Assembly (NCBI GenBank): GCA_965279525.1
Contig: CBDIIB010000005.1
Coordinates: 1,248,001-1,312,000 of the forward strand
Length of the DNA: 64,000 bases
DNA from: Tagaea sp.
GTDB lineage: Bacteria > Pseudomonadota > Alphaproteobacteria > CACIAM-22H2
Reading direction: 5' to 3'
The position numbers were made by a program, and so were the translations under genes. The notes under the pieces were generated by a model. The model was not told the DNA's origin, searched no databases, and saw only the letters and a list, made by a program, of their open reading frames with translations. Positions 30,198-40,241 of the stretch are shown here, one piece after another. Numbering within the stretch: position 1 is the first letter of the stretch; the number at the start of each line of letters is the position of its first letter.

Positions 30198-30833
30198 ATG
30201 AATATTCTCGCCTTCGACACCGCCTTTGCCGCCGTTTCGGCGTGCGTGGCCCGCGACGGCGAGGTGCTTGCCTGGCGACGCGTCGAGATGGCGCGCGGCC
30301 ATGCCGAAGTGCTGCTGCCGATGATCGGCGACGTGCTCGCCGAGGCCGGGCTCGAGGCGCAAGGCCTCGCCCGCATCGCCACGACGCTGGGACCCGGCCA
30401 CTTCACGGGCCTGCGCGCCGGGCTTGCGGCCGCCCAGGGGCTGGGTCTCGCCACGGGTGCGGCACTGGTCGGCATCACGAGCTTTGCCGCCGTCGCGGCC
30501 GGCCTCGAACCCCTGCTTGCGGGCGAACGGCGGCTCGTCGTGCTCGATTCCAAGCGCGCCGAGGCGTTCGTGGCGCTCGACGACGAAGCGCCGTTCGCCG
30601 CATCCCCGGCTGGCTTTGCACCGGCGGGCGACGCGTTCCTCGTTGCCGGCGATCGCGCGGCCGAGTTCGCGGCAGCACTGGCCAGTGCCGGCAAGCAGGC
30701 GCGCGTTGCCGAAGGGCCGGCACTCCCCGACGCGCGCGTCCTTGCGCGCCTCGCACGCACGGCCGAACCGGTCGGCCGGCTGGTGCCGCTCTATATCCAC
30801 CCGCCCGCGACGACGACGCCCAAGCGGCCATGA
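30198..30833 (+). CDS. tsaB: t6A biosynthesis protein TsaB
   Basis: ILAFDT, GHAEVLLP, GPGHFTGLR.G, PLY. Confidence 0.88.
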   Translation: MNILAFDTAFAAVSACVARDGEVLAWRRVEMARGHAEVLLPMIGDVLAEAGLEAQGLARIATTLGPGHFTGLRAGLAAAQGLGLATGAALVGITSFAAVAAGLEPLLAGERRLVVLDSKRAEAFVALDDEAPFAASPAGFAPAGDAFLVAGDRAAEFAAALASAGKQARVAEGPALPDARVLARLARTAEPVGRLVPLYIHPPATTTPKRP

Positions 30834-31285
30834 TCGAGATCCATCCGGTCGACCGGGCCTATGCCGAACTCCTGTCCGCCCTGCATCGCGAGACGTTCGC
30901 CGATGGCTGGTCCGTCGACGCGATGGGCGAGGTGCTGCGCTCGCCCGGCGTATTCGCGCTTCTTGCCTTGGTCGACGGCGTGCCGGCGGGTTTTGCACTC
31001 GGCCGGCTCGCGGCCGACGAGGCGGAGCTGCTCACGATCGGCACGCTTGCCAATGCACGACGCCTTGGCATCGGGCGCGCACTCGTCGTGGCGGTCGCAG
31101 CGTGCGTGCCGCGTGCGCGGGCACTCTTTCTCGAAGTCGGCGAGGACAATCCGGCCGCGCGTGCGCTCTATGCCGGGCTCGGGTTCGCGCTGGTCGGGCG
31201 ACGTGCCGATTACTATCAGCGCGGGGCCGGTTCGCGGGTCGCGGCGCTGACAATGTCGGCAATACCTGCTAATATAGTTAAGTAA
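30830..31285 (+). CDS. rimI: Ribosomal-protein N-acetyltransferase RimI-like GNAT
   Basis: ADEAELLTI, RRLGIG, LFLEV.EDN.AA.ALY..LGF..VGRR..YY; follows tsaB. Confidence 0.82.
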   Translation: MIEIHPVDRAYAELLSALHRETFADGWSVDAMGEVLRSPGVFALLALVDGVPAGFALGRLAADEAELLTIGTLANARRLGIGRALVVAVAACVPRARALFLEVGEDNPAARALYAGLGFALVGRRADYYQRGAGSRVAALTMSAIPANIVK

Positions 31286-31317
31286 AATTTTCTTACAGCT
31301 ACTGCCCTTATTCCCAC

Positions 31318-31346
31318 TTGCCGAGTAATCGCGATCTTTCTATACA
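31318..31346 (+). promoter_or_regulatory. Sigma70-type promoter of mucR
   Basis: TTGCCG-N17-TATACA preceded by an AT-rich tract at 31270-31296. Confidence 0.5.
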
Positions 31347-31393
31347 CCCGGCGTTACCGCCGGATCCGGCGCTATTTCCCGAGGAACACGAAA

Positions 31394-31810
31394 ATGTCTG
31401 AATTCAAGTCCAATGATGTTCTTGCGTTGACCGCGAATATTGTCGCTGCCCATGTCTCGAAGAATTCGCTGCCGACGGATGAACTGCCGGGCCTGATCCG
31501 CCAAGTCTACCAGACGCTGTCGACCGTCGGGACCACGGCGGCGCCGGTCGAGCGGCCGCAACCGGCCGTGCCGATCAAGCGCTCGGTGACCAACGACTTC
31601 ATCGTCTGTCTGGAGGACGGCAAGAAACTGAAGATGCTCAAGCGACACCTGAAGGCCGCCTACAACATGTCGCCCGAGCAGTACCGCGAACGCTGGGGTC
31701 TGGCGCCGGACTATCCGATGGTGGCGCCGAACTACGCCAAGAAGCGCAGCCAGCTGGCGCGCGATCTGGGTCTGGGCACCAAGTCCAAGCGCCGTCGCGG
31801 CAGCGACTGA
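31394..31810 (+). CDS. mucR: MucR/Ros family regulator
   Basis: LTANIVAAHVS.N, PAVPIKRSV, VCLEDGKKLKMLKRHL, YPMVAPNY. Confidence 0.95.
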   Translation: MSEFKSNDVLALTANIVAAHVSKNSLPTDELPGLIRQVYQTLSTVGTTAAPVERPQPAVPIKRSVTNDFIVCLEDGKKLKMLKRHLKAAYNMSPEQYRERWGLAPDYPMVAPNYAKKRSQLARDLGLGTKSKRRRGSD

Positions 31811-31980
31811 CGGTTTCGGGGTGCTGACGGAGTCGGGAAAACCGCACTGGTCCCGTCATCGCACCGCAATATAATGCGCGTACACCGTTCCGATCGGTCC
31901 GCGGGGTCGATTCGCATGTGGCGAGTCGGGTTCCGGGTACGGGGAGAGCGGTCGACATGCCGGAAGGATCAAGGAGCACG

Positions 31981-32436
31981 ATGTCGATGCCGCAGCGAAT
32001 CGAACAGCTTTGCGTCGAGAAGGGCCTGAAGATGACCGGCCAGCGCCGGGTCATCGCACGGGTCCTTTCCGAAGCGATGGACCATCCGGATGTCGAGCAG
32101 GTCTATCGGCGTGCGGCAGCGATCGATCCGCGCATTTCGATCGCGACGGTCTACCGGACCGTCAAGCTGTTCGAGGAGGCGAACATCCTCGCCCGACTCG
32201 ATTTCGGCGACGGGCGCGCACGCTACGAAGAAGCGCCCGAAGAGCATCACGATCACCTGATCGACGTGAAGAGCGGCACGGTGATCGAATTCCACAACGA
32301 AGAAATCGAACGCCTCCAGCGCGAGGTGGCCCGTCGGCTCGGCTACGAGCTTGTCGGCCACCGCCTCGAACTGTTCGGCGTTCCGCTTGGTGCCCGCGAG
32401 TCCGATCCTCCAGACAAGAAGGAACGATCGCAATGA
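31981..32436 (+). CDS. fur: Fur-family regulator (Fur/Mur)
   Basis: GLKMTGQRRVI, DHPDVE, SIATVYRT, HHDHLID; AAGGAG SD. Confidence 0.9.
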   Translation: MSMPQRIEQLCVEKGLKMTGQRRVIARVLSEAMDHPDVEQVYRRAAAIDPRISIATVYRTVKLFEEANILARLDFGDGRARYEEAPEEHHDHLIDVKSGTVIEFHNEEIERLQREVARRLGYELVGHRLELFGVPLGARESDPPDKKERSQ

Positions 32437-33302
32437 ACGCTCAGGCACTTCCCAAGACGCAGGCCCAGGATCTCCTGGGCTTCGGCGATGCCCTGCGCTC
32501 CGGCAATCTCGAGGTGCGCCTGGCGCGCGACGCCGCCGACATCGATGCGGCCCAGGCGCTGCGCTACCGGGTGTTCTACGACGAACTCGGCGCCCGCCCG
32601 TCGGCCGCCGCGAGTGCCACGCGCCGCGACGCGGACCGGTTCGACGCCTATTGCGACCACCTGCTCGTCATCGACCATGCGAAGGGCGAAGGGCCGGATT
32701 CGATCGTCGGAACCTACAGGCTGCTGCGCCGGTCGGTCGCCGAGCGCCATGACGGATTCTATACCGCGACGGAATTCGATATCGCCCGCCTGCTTGCCAT
32801 ACCGGGCGAGCATCTCGAGCTTGGCCGGTCGTGCGTGGACGCCGAGCACCGCAATCGCCCGACGATGCAGCTCCTGTGGAAGGGCATCGCGGCCTATGTC
32901 TTCGCCCACGACATCAAGCTGATGTTCGGCTGCGCCAGCCTGCCGGGCACCGATGCGGCGGCACACGCGGCAGCGCTTTCCTACCTGCATCACAACCATC
33001 TGGCGCCTGAAAACCTGCGTGTGCGCGCCCTGCCGGAACATTGCGTGGCGATGGACATCCTGCCCGCGGGTGCGGGCGGCCACGAGGACGCGATCCGGGC
33101 CTTCGACGCGCGGACCGCGATCGCGGCCCTGCCGCCGCTGATCAAGGGCTATCTGCGCCTCGGCGGGTTCGTCGGCGAAGGTGCGGTAATCGACCGCGAG
33201 TTCAACACCATCGACGTCTGCATCCTCGTCGTCACCGACAGCGTGACGGACAAGTACTTCAAGCACTACAGCCGCCAGGTCGGCGGCACGACGACGGACT
33301 AG
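32433..33302 (+). CDS. olsB: Ornithine N-acyltransferase (OlsB-type GNAT)
   Basis: AQALRYRVFY.E, D.FD..CDHLLV, VGTYRLL, LELGRSCV, PPLIKGYLRLG. Confidence 0.82.
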   Translation: MNAQALPKTQAQDLLGFGDALRSGNLEVRLARDAADIDAAQALRYRVFYDELGARPSAAASATRRDADRFDAYCDHLLVIDHAKGEGPDSIVGTYRLLRRSVAERHDGFYTATEFDIARLLAIPGEHLELGRSCVDAEHRNRPTMQLLWKGIAAYVFAHDIKLMFGCASLPGTDAAAHAAALSYLHHNHLAPENLRVRALPEHCVAMDILPAGAGGHEDAIRAFDARTAIAALPPLIKGYLRLGGFVGEGAVIDREFNTIDVCILVVTDSVTDKYFKHYSRQVGGTTTD

Positions 33303-33307
33303 GCGCG

Positions 33308-34159
33308 TTGGGCGACATCGGGTCGAGTGCGCTGGCTTTCGTCCGTGCCTGCCTCTACGTGGGCCTGACGTTGCCGTTGATGCCGGTGCAGGCCCTGCTC
33401 GTCGCCCTCGACCTGCCGGCGGCGCGCGCTTTGCCGCGCTGGTATCATGCGCGCTGTGCGGCCCTGTTCGGCCTCGAGATCCGCGTGACGGGCGCGCCGG
33501 CCGCCGCGTCGCCCACGCTGTTCGTCGCCAACCATGTCAGCTATCTCGACATCGTCGTGCTCTCCGCACTTGCCGAGGTCAGCTTCGTCGCCAAGACCGA
33601 GATCGCGGGCTGGCCGTTTTTCGGCTGGCTTGCCAAGTTGCAGCGCACGGTCTTCGTCGCAAGACGCGCGCGCGCGGTCGGCCGCGAGGCCGACGCGCTC
33701 CAGCAGCGCCTGGCGGGCGGCGGCAACATCGTGCTGTTCGCCGAAGGGACCACCGGCGACGGCAACCGCGCGCAGCGCTTCAAGAGCGCGCTCTTTGCCG
33801 CGGCCGAGCCTGCCGCCGGCGGCCCGCCGGTCGCCGTCCAGCCGGTCACGATCGCCTATACGCGGCTCGACGGCATGCCGCTGTGCCGGGCCCTGCGGCC
33901 GGCCGTGGCGTGGTATGGCGACATGGAGCTGCTGCCGCATCTGTGGGCCTTCATCGGTCTCGGACGGATCGGGGTCGAGGTGATCTTCCACGCGCCGACG
34001 TCGCTGGCAGCGGCAGGGTCCCGCAAGCATCTGGCGCAGCACTGCGAACGCGTGATCGGCCATTCGCTGGCCGCGGCCAATGCCGGGCGCGAAACGCCGT
34101 CCGTGCCGGCCCTCGAGGCCCCTGGCGGGGGCGGCTTGAAGCTCGCGGGGCCGGGGTGA
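33308..34159 (+). CDS. Lysophospholipid/lyso-ornithine-lipid acyltransferase (OlsA/PlsC family)
   Basis: ANHVSYLD (HX4D), FVAK.E, FAEGTT.DG; adjacent to olsB. Confidence 0.85.
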   Translation: MGDIGSSALAFVRACLYVGLTLPLMPVQALLVALDLPAARALPRWYHARCAALFGLEIRVTGAPAAASPTLFVANHVSYLDIVVLSALAEVSFVAKTEIAGWPFFGWLAKLQRTVFVARRARAVGREADALQQRLAGGGNIVLFAEGTTGDGNRAQRFKSALFAAAEPAAGGPPVAVQPVTIAYTRLDGMPLCRALRPAVAWYGDMELLPHLWAFIGLGRIGVEVIFHAPTSLAAAGSRKHLAQHCERVIGHSLAAANAGRETPSVPALEAPGGGGLKLAGPG

Positions 34160-34187
34160 TAGATTCCACCATGGGTCGCCGAACCGC

Positions 34188-35525
34188 GTGAAGAAACTCC
34201 ACATCAAGACTTACGGCTGCCAGATGAACGTCTACGACTCCGCCCGCATGGCGGATGTCCTGGCGCCGCTGGGCTATGCGCCGGTCGACATGCCCGAAGG
34301 CGCCGACCTCGTCATTCTCAACACGTGCCATATCCGCGAGAAGGCCTCCGAAAAGGTGTTCTCCGAGCTTGGCCGGCTGCGCCCGCTCAAGGAGCGCGAC
34401 GGTACGATGCTGGCGGTGGCCGGCTGCGTGGCGCAGGCCGAGGGTGCCGAAATCCTCGCGCGCGCCCCCTATGTCGACGTGGTGCTCGGCCCCCAGGCCT
34501 ATCACCGGCTGCCCGAACTGATCGCGCGCGCGGCGCGGGGTACCGGTACGGCCCTCGATACGGATTTTCCCGTCGACGTGAAGTTCGACCACCTGCCGTC
34601 GCCCTCGTCCAACCAGGGACCGGCGGCGTTCCTGACCGTGCAGGAAGGCTGCGACAAGTTCTGCACCTTCTGCGTCGTGCCCTATACCCGCGGCGCCGAA
34701 TATTCGCGGCCGGCCGACGCGATCGAGCGCGAGGCGCGCACGCTCGTGGAAGGGGGTGCACGCGAGATCACGCTGCTCGGCCAGAACGTCAACGCCTGGC
34801 ACGGCCGCGACGGCGAAGACCTCGGCAGTCTTGTGCGCCGGCTGGCACGCCTCGAAGGGCTCGAACGGCTGCGTTACACGACCTCCCATCCGCGCGACAT
34901 GAATGACGGCCTGATCGAAGCGCATGCCGAGGAACCCAAGCTGATGCCGTTCCTGCACCTGCCCGTGCAGTCCGGCTCCGACACGGTGCTCGACGCGATG
35001 AACCGCGGCCATACCGTCGATCGGTTCCTCGACATCGTCGCGCGGCTGCGTGCGGCGCGGCGCGACCTCGCATTCTCGAGCGATTTCATCGTCGGGTTCC
35101 CGGGCGAGAGCGACGCCGACTTCGCGCGCACGCTCGATCTCGTGCGCGAAGTGAAGTTCGCGCAAGCCTATTCCTTCAAGTATTCCCCGCGCCCCGGCAC
35201 GCCCGCCGCCCTCATCGAGCGCCAGGTTCCCGAGCCGGTCAAGGACGCGCGCCTGGCCGAACTTCAGGCACTGCTGAAGATCCAGCAGGACGAGTTCAAC
35301 GCGGCCACGCTCGGCCGGACCGTTCCGGTCCTCTACGAGCGCGCGGGCCGCAATGCCGGCCAGCTCGTCGGCAAGACGCCCTGGCTTCAGGCCGTGCATG
35401 CGCTGGCACCCGCCGGTTTCGCCGGCCGGGTCCTTGCAACGAAGATCACGACGCTCGCGCCCAACTCGCTGTCGGGGACGATCGTCGATTCGCAACTCGA
35501 CGGCGGCGAAAGGCGGTCGGCTTGA
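34188..35525 (+). CDS. miaB: tRNA methylthiotransferase
   Basis: [19 protein letters not shown] radical-SAM motif, TRAM domain. Confidence 0.96.
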   Translation: MKKLHIKTYGCQMNVYDSARMADVLAPLGYAPVDMPEGADLVILNTCHIREKASEKVFSELGRLRPLKERDGTMLAVAGCVAQAEGAEILARAPYVDVVLGPQAYHRLPELIARAARGTGTALDTDFPVDVKFDHLPSPSSNQGPAAFLTVQEGCDKFCTFCVVPYTRGAEYSRPADAIEREARTLVEGGAREITLLGQNVNAWHGRDGEDLGSLVRRLARLEGLERLRYTTSHPRDMNDGLIEAHAEEPKLMPFLHLPVQSGSDTVLDAMNRGHTVDRFLDIVARLRAARRDLAFSSDFIVGFPGESDADFARTLDLVREVKFAQAYSFKYSPRPGTPAALIERQVPEPVKDARLAELQALLKIQQDEFNAATLGRTVPVLYERAGRNAGQLVGKTPWLQAVHALAPAGFAGRVLATKITTLAPNSLSGTIVDSQLDGGERRSA

Positions 35526-36502
35526 GCGGTCCCATCCTCCTGGCCTTCGACGACACCACGCTTCTGTCCCCGCTCTACGGCGAGCACGACAGGCATCTTG
35601 CGCGCATCGAGCAGCTGCTCGGCGTCAACATCGCCTCGCGGGGCAACCAGGTCCGGATCCAGGGGCCGCATTCGGCCGCCGAGTCGGCGCGCGACGCGCT
35701 GACCTCGCTCTACGGGAAACTGCGCAAGGGCATGACCGTCGATCTTGGCGAAGTGGAGGCGGCCGTGCGTCTTTGCACGCCGGCGACCGGCGAGACCGGG
35801 CTCGACCTGTTCGGCGCCGAGGATCTCGCGATCACGACGCGCAAGCGTCGCGTGGCGCCCCGCACGGCGAACCAGGGCGCCTATCTGAAGGCGCTCAAGA
35901 CCAACGAGCTCGTCTTCGGCATCGGCCCGGCGGGTACGGGCAAGACGTACCTTGCCGTCGCGATGGCGGTCGATGCGCTCACCTCGGGCAAGGTCGACCG
36001 CATCATCCTGTCGCGTCCGGCGGTCGAGGCGGGCGAGCGGCTCGGCTTCCTGCCCGGAGACCTTCGCGAGAAGGTCGATCCCTATCTGCGCCCGCTCTAC
36101 GACGCGCTCTACGACATGCTGCCGGGCGAACAGGTGACCAAGCGCCTCGCCACCGGCGAGATCGAGATCGCCCCGCTTGCCTTCATGCGCGGGCGCACGC
36201 TTGCCAACGCCTTCGCCATCCTCGACGAGGCGCAGAACACCACGCCCATGCAGATGAAGATGTTTCTCACGCGCCTGGGCGAGGGCAGCCGCATGGTCGT
36301 GACGGGCGATCTCAGCCAGATCGATCTGCCGGCGGGCACGCGCTCGGGCCTTGCCGACGCGCTGGAAGCGCTCGACGGCGTGCGGGGCATCGGGCTCGTG
36401 CGCTTCAACAGCGTGGACGTCGTGCGCCATCCGCTCGTCGCCAAGATCGTCGACGCCTACGACGCGCGCGACGGTGCGGGCGTGGACAAGCGCCGGCCAT
36501 GA
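35522..36502 (+). CDS. phoH: PhoH-family ATPase (YbeZ)
   Basis: [29 protein letters not shown]. Confidence 0.92.
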   Translation: MSGPILLAFDDTTLLSPLYGEHDRHLARIEQLLGVNIASRGNQVRIQGPHSAAESARDALTSLYGKLRKGMTVDLGEVEAAVRLCTPATGETGLDLFGAEDLAITTRKRRVAPRTANQGAYLKALKTNELVFGIGPAGTGKTYLAVAMAVDALTSGKVDRIILSRPAVEAGERLGFLPGDLREKVDPYLRPLYDALYDMLPGEQVTKRLATGEIEIAPLAFMRGRTLANAFAILDEAQNTTPMQMKMFLTRLGEGSRMVVTGDLSQIDLPAGTRSGLADALEALDGVRGIGLVRFNSVDVVRHPLVAKIVDAYDARDGAGVDKRRP

Positions 36503-36957
36503 ACGCGAACATCCGCGTCGACATCCTCGATCCGCGCTGGCGCCGCCGCCTGCATCAGGCCGAAGCGCTGGTACGCGGCGGTGCACGCGCCGCCCTCGAC
36601 GGCCGTCGCGACGCCGGCACGGTGACGTTCGCTCTGGGCGACGACGCCCTGCTGCGCCAGCTCAACCGCGACTTCCGCGGCAAGGACAAGCCGACAAACG
36701 TGCTGTCGTTCCCGGGCGATGAAGCCGGCGCTCTGGGCGACGTGGCGCTGGCCTTCGAGACCTGCGCGCGAGAAGCGCGAGCACAGCGCAAGGACCTTGG
36801 CGCACACGTGCGCCATCTGGTCGTGCACGGGACGCTGCATCTGCTGGGCTACGACCACGAGACGGACGCCGACGCCTTCGCCATGGAGGCGCGCGAACGA
36901 CGCGTGCTGCGCCGGCTGGGCGTTGCGGATCCCTATCGCGTGCGGGGGGCGGCATGA
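36499..36957 (+). CDS. ybeY: rRNA maturation endoribonuclease
   Basis: LNRDFRGKDKPTNVLSF, HGTLHLLGYDH. Confidence 0.93.
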   Translation: MNANIRVDILDPRWRRRLHQAEALVRGGARAALDGRRDAGTVTFALGDDALLRQLNRDFRGKDKPTNVLSFPGDEAGALGDVALAFETCAREARAQRKDLGAHVRHLVVHGTLHLLGYDHETDADAFAMEARERRVLRRLGVADPYRVRGAA

Positions 36958-37844
36958 ACGATTCGGACACCACTTTCACCGACAAGCTGCGCGGGCGCCT
37001 GCGCGACATGCTGCGGCCGAAGGGCCGGGCGGCCGAAGAGCAGCTTCGCGACACCATCGAGGAGATCATCGAAGAAGGCGAAGCGCCCGCCGAACCGATG
37101 GGTGCGGCCGAGCGCGCGATCCTCGCCAACGTGCTGCGGCTGCGCGAGGTGTCGGCTGCCGACGTGATGGTGCCGCGCGCCGACATCGTGGCGGTGGACC
37201 AGGGGATCGGGCTCGAGGCGCTGGTCGCGTTTCTCGTGCGCGAGGCCCACAGCCGGGTCCCCGTCTACCGCGATACGCTCGACGAGGTGCAGGGCTTCGT
37301 CCACGTCAAGGACGTGCTGCGCATCCAGCAGTCGGGTACCCCCTTCAAGATCGCCGACATCCTGCGCCGCGTGCTGTTCGTGGCCCCGTCGATGCGCGTG
37401 CTCGACCTGCTGCTCGAGATGCGCAAGAGCCGCACGCACCTCGCCCTCGTCGTGGACGAGTACGGCGGCATCGACGGCCTCGTGACCATCGAGGACGTCG
37501 TCGAGGCGATCGTCGGCGACATCGAGGACGAGCACGACGTCGACGACCGGCCGCGCCTGCAGAAGCTGCCCGACGGCAGCTACCAGATCGACGCGCGCGT
37601 CCCGATCGAGGAGTTCGAGGCGCAGACCGGGATCTCGCTCGAGGACGCCGCCCGCGACGCCGACATCGACACGGTCGGCGGTGCGGTCGTGGCGCTGTCG
37701 GGCCGCGTGCCCGGCCGCGGCGAGATCGTCACGCATCCGGCAGGCTGCGAGTTCGAGGTGATCGACGCCGATCCGCGACGGCTCAAGAAGCTCCGGGCAC
37801 GCCGGGTCGAACCGCGCCGCCCGTCCGACGATCCATCCGGCTAG
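36954..37844 (+). CDS. corC: CBS/CorC_HlyC domain protein (CorC/YbeX)
   Basis: DVMVPR, HSRVPVY, VVDEYGG..GLVTIED, C-terminal CorC domain. Confidence 0.85.
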   Translation: MNDSDTTFTDKLRGRLRDMLRPKGRAAEEQLRDTIEEIIEEGEAPAEPMGAAERAILANVLRLREVSAADVMVPRADIVAVDQGIGLEALVAFLVREAHSRVPVYRDTLDEVQGFVHVKDVLRIQQSGTPFKIADILRRVLFVAPSMRVLDLLLEMRKSRTHLALVVDEYGGIDGLVTIEDVVEAIVGDIEDEHDVDDRPRLQKLPDGSYQIDARVPIEEFEAQTGISLEDAARDADIDTVGGAVVALSGRVPGRGEIVTHPAGCEFEVIDADPRRLKKLRARRVEPRRPSDDPSG

Positions 37845-37856
37845 GCATCCCGCGCG

Positions 37857-39434
37857 ATGGGCCTTCCTGAAATCGCGGCGCATGTGCGTGCGCTGGCCGG
37901 CCGTCGTCGCGTCGCGGTCGCGATCCTGCTTGGTGCGGGTGCCGCACTTGCCCTTCCGCCGCTTCACCTGCTGCCGCTCGCGGTCGTCGGGTTCTCGGGT
38001 CTCGTCTGGCTGATCGAAGGTGCCGCCACGAGCGCGCGCCGGCCCGGACTGGCCGTTTTTCTCGTCGGCTGGTGGTTCGGCTTCGGGCATTTCTCGGTCG
38101 GGCTCTACTGGGTCGCCAACGCGTTGCTGATCGAATGGCAGCGCGTGGGGTGGATGATCCCGTTCGCGGTGTTCGGCCTGGCGGGCGTGCTTGGCGTGTT
38201 CGCCGGACTGGCGACGCTGGGCGTGCGCGCGAGCCGGTCGCGTGGCGTGACGGGCATCTGCGCGCTGGCCGTCGCCTGGGCGCTGGGGGAATGGCTGCGC
38301 GGACATGTGCTGACCGGATTTCCGTGGAACCTGACGGCGACGATGTGGGTCGAAAGCGCGCCCATGATCCAGGGGGCGGCCCTGTTCGGCGCGTACGGCC
38401 TGTCGGCGCTGAGCGTGCTGGTCTGCGCGCTGCCCGCGACCCTGGCGTCTTCCGACCGGCGCTTGCGCTGGCTGCCGACATCGGCAGCCGCCGTCCTGCT
38501 TGCGGCCGGCTGGGGTGCGGGAAGTTACCGGCTTGCCGGTGCGGGCAGCGAGAATGTCGCCGACGTGCGGCTGCGGCTGGTCCAGCCCAACGTGCCGCAG
38601 GCGCTGAAATGGGATCCCGACGCGCGCGAGGCGAACCTGCGCCGGATCATCGAACTCACGCGCGCACCGGGCTTCGAGACGCGGACCCACACGATCTGGT
38701 CGGAAACGGCGACCGCCTTTCCGATCTGGGGCGACAACGAGACGCTCGCCCGCCGGCGCGCGCAGGTCGCGGCCGCCGTTCCCCCGGGCGGGATGCTCGT
38801 CACCGGGGCACCGCGGTTCGAGCGTGCGGCCGACGGCACGCTAAGGGCATGGAACTCGCTGCATGCGATGGATGGCGACGGCGTCATCCACGCGACGTTC
38901 GACAAGTTCCATCTCGTGCCGTTCGGCGAATACGTGCCGTTCCGCGATTTCCTGCCGATCGACCGGATCGTGCCGGGCGGCATCGATTTCAGCGCCGGTC
39001 CGGGGCCGCAGCTCGTCGCGATCCGCGGCCTGCCGCTTGCCAGTCCGCTGATCTGCTACGAGGTCATCTTCCCTGGCCGGGTCGTTCCGGACGGCGGGCG
39101 CGCCGAGATGCTTCTCAACCTCACGAACGATTCCTGGTTCGGCCAGTCGGCAGGTCCCTACCAGCATTTCGCCGCCGCCCGTCTGCGTGCGGTCGAAGAG
39201 GGGCTCGCACTCGTGCGGTCGGCCGGCGGCGGGATCTCGGCCGTCGTCGATCCCTACGGGCGGACGCGCGCGGCGCTGGCGCTTGGCGACACCGGCGTGC
39301 TCGATGCCGACCTGCCGAGGTCGATTATGCCGACCCCGTTTGCACATCTTGGGAATGTAGCCCTGTTTCTCCTGCTATTGGCGATTGCGGCGATCGGCTT
39401 CATGGTTGCAAGGATTTCGAACCGTCGGACATAA
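37857..39434 (+). CDS. lnt: Apolipoprotein N-acyltransferase
   Basis: EWLRG...TGFPW, VQPN, WSETA, KFHLVPFGEY, ICYE, TNDSWFG. Confidence 0.95.
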   Translation: MGLPEIAAHVRALAGRRRVAVAILLGAGAALALPPLHLLPLAVVGFSGLVWLIEGAATSARRPGLAVFLVGWWFGFGHFSVGLYWVANALLIEWQRVGWMIPFAVFGLAGVLGVFAGLATLGVRASRSRGVTGICALAVAWALGEWLRGHVLTGFPWNLTATMWVESAPMIQGAALFGAYGLSALSVLVCALPATLASSDRRLRWLPTSAAAVLLAAGWGAGSYRLAGAGSENVADVRLRLVQPNVPQALKWDPDAREANLRRIIELTRAPGFETRTHTIWSETATAFPIWGDNETLARRRAQVAAAVPPGGMLVTGAPRFERAADGTLRAWNSLHAMDGDGVIHATFDKFHLVPFGEYVPFRDFLPIDRIVPGGIDFSAGPGPQLVAIRGLPLASPLICYEVIFPGRVVPDGGRAEMLLNLTNDSWFGQSAGPYQHFAAARLRAVEEGLALVRSAGGGISAVVDPYGRTRAALALGDTGVLDADLPRSIMPTPFAHLGNVALFLLLLAIAAIGFMVARISNRRT

Positions 39435-39535
39435 TATCGTATGTAGTCTTGCCGATCGCGGCTTCCCCAAGCGGCAGCGGTTCGATTACAACAAATCGGA
39501 CAGGAACGCGTTTTCCGGATCGGATCATCCACCCC

Positions 39536-40060
39536 ATGGCTGAAAAGCAAAGGGCCAACCCGCCGGGTCGCCGTGGACGACGGGGACGTGCATCTCCGGG
39601 CCCCAATCCCATCGATATCCATGTCGGCAAGCGGCTGCGAGAGCGGCGTACGATGCTGGGACTGTCCCAGCAGGAAATCGGCCAGCTTCTCGGCGTCACG
39701 TTCCAGCAGATCCAGAAGAATGAACGCGGCACCAACCGCATGTCCGCTTCCCGCCTTTTCGAAGCGGCCCGGGTCCTCGACACCAGCGTCCAGTTTTTCT
39801 TCGAGGAAATGCCGGCCGACGTGCTGTCGTACGGCCGCAAGCATGTCCATGGCGTTGCCGAGGGTCCGATCCCGGTTTACCGCGCCGATCCGATGGCGCG
39901 GCGCGAGACGATCGAGCTGGTGCGCGCCTATTACGAGATCCCGGAACGCAAGATCCGCCTCCAGATGGTCAACACGATCCGGGCCGTCGCGCGTGTCCAC
40001 GGGGAGCCGGGCGGTACCGCGCGGCCGCGGCGCGGCCGGCCGCCCAAGCAGAAGTCCTAA
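39536..40060 (+). CDS. XRE-family HTH regulator
   Basis: [35 protein letters not shown]; usual lnt-XRE-metK position. Confidence 0.9.
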   Translation: MAEKQRANPPGRRGRRGRASPGPNPIDIHVGKRLRERRTMLGLSQQEIGQLLGVTFQQIQKNERGTNRMSASRLFEAARVLDTSVQFFFEEMPADVLSYGRKHVHGVAEGPIPVYRADPMARRETIELVRAYYEIPERKIRLQMVNTIRAVARVHGEPGGTARPRRGRPPKQKS

Positions 40061-40241
40061 TTGGCGGCCTGAACCGTTCGATATTGACGGCAGGGGCGAA
40101 CCTTGCCACAAGACCCCCCTCATTCGGGCCTGCCCCGGACGCCCCGAGGAATGGCGGACCGGGCAGGCGCGTTCAAAAAGGCCCACCGTCGGCGGCCGTC
40201 CCCGTTCCGCCCCCAGATGTCCCATTTTCGGAGGTAAGCCC

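Noticed and set aside
31610-31665. MucR lacking a full Cys2His2 zinc set (CLED...H...Y)
   Set aside because: Common, already described variant in the Ros/MucR family.
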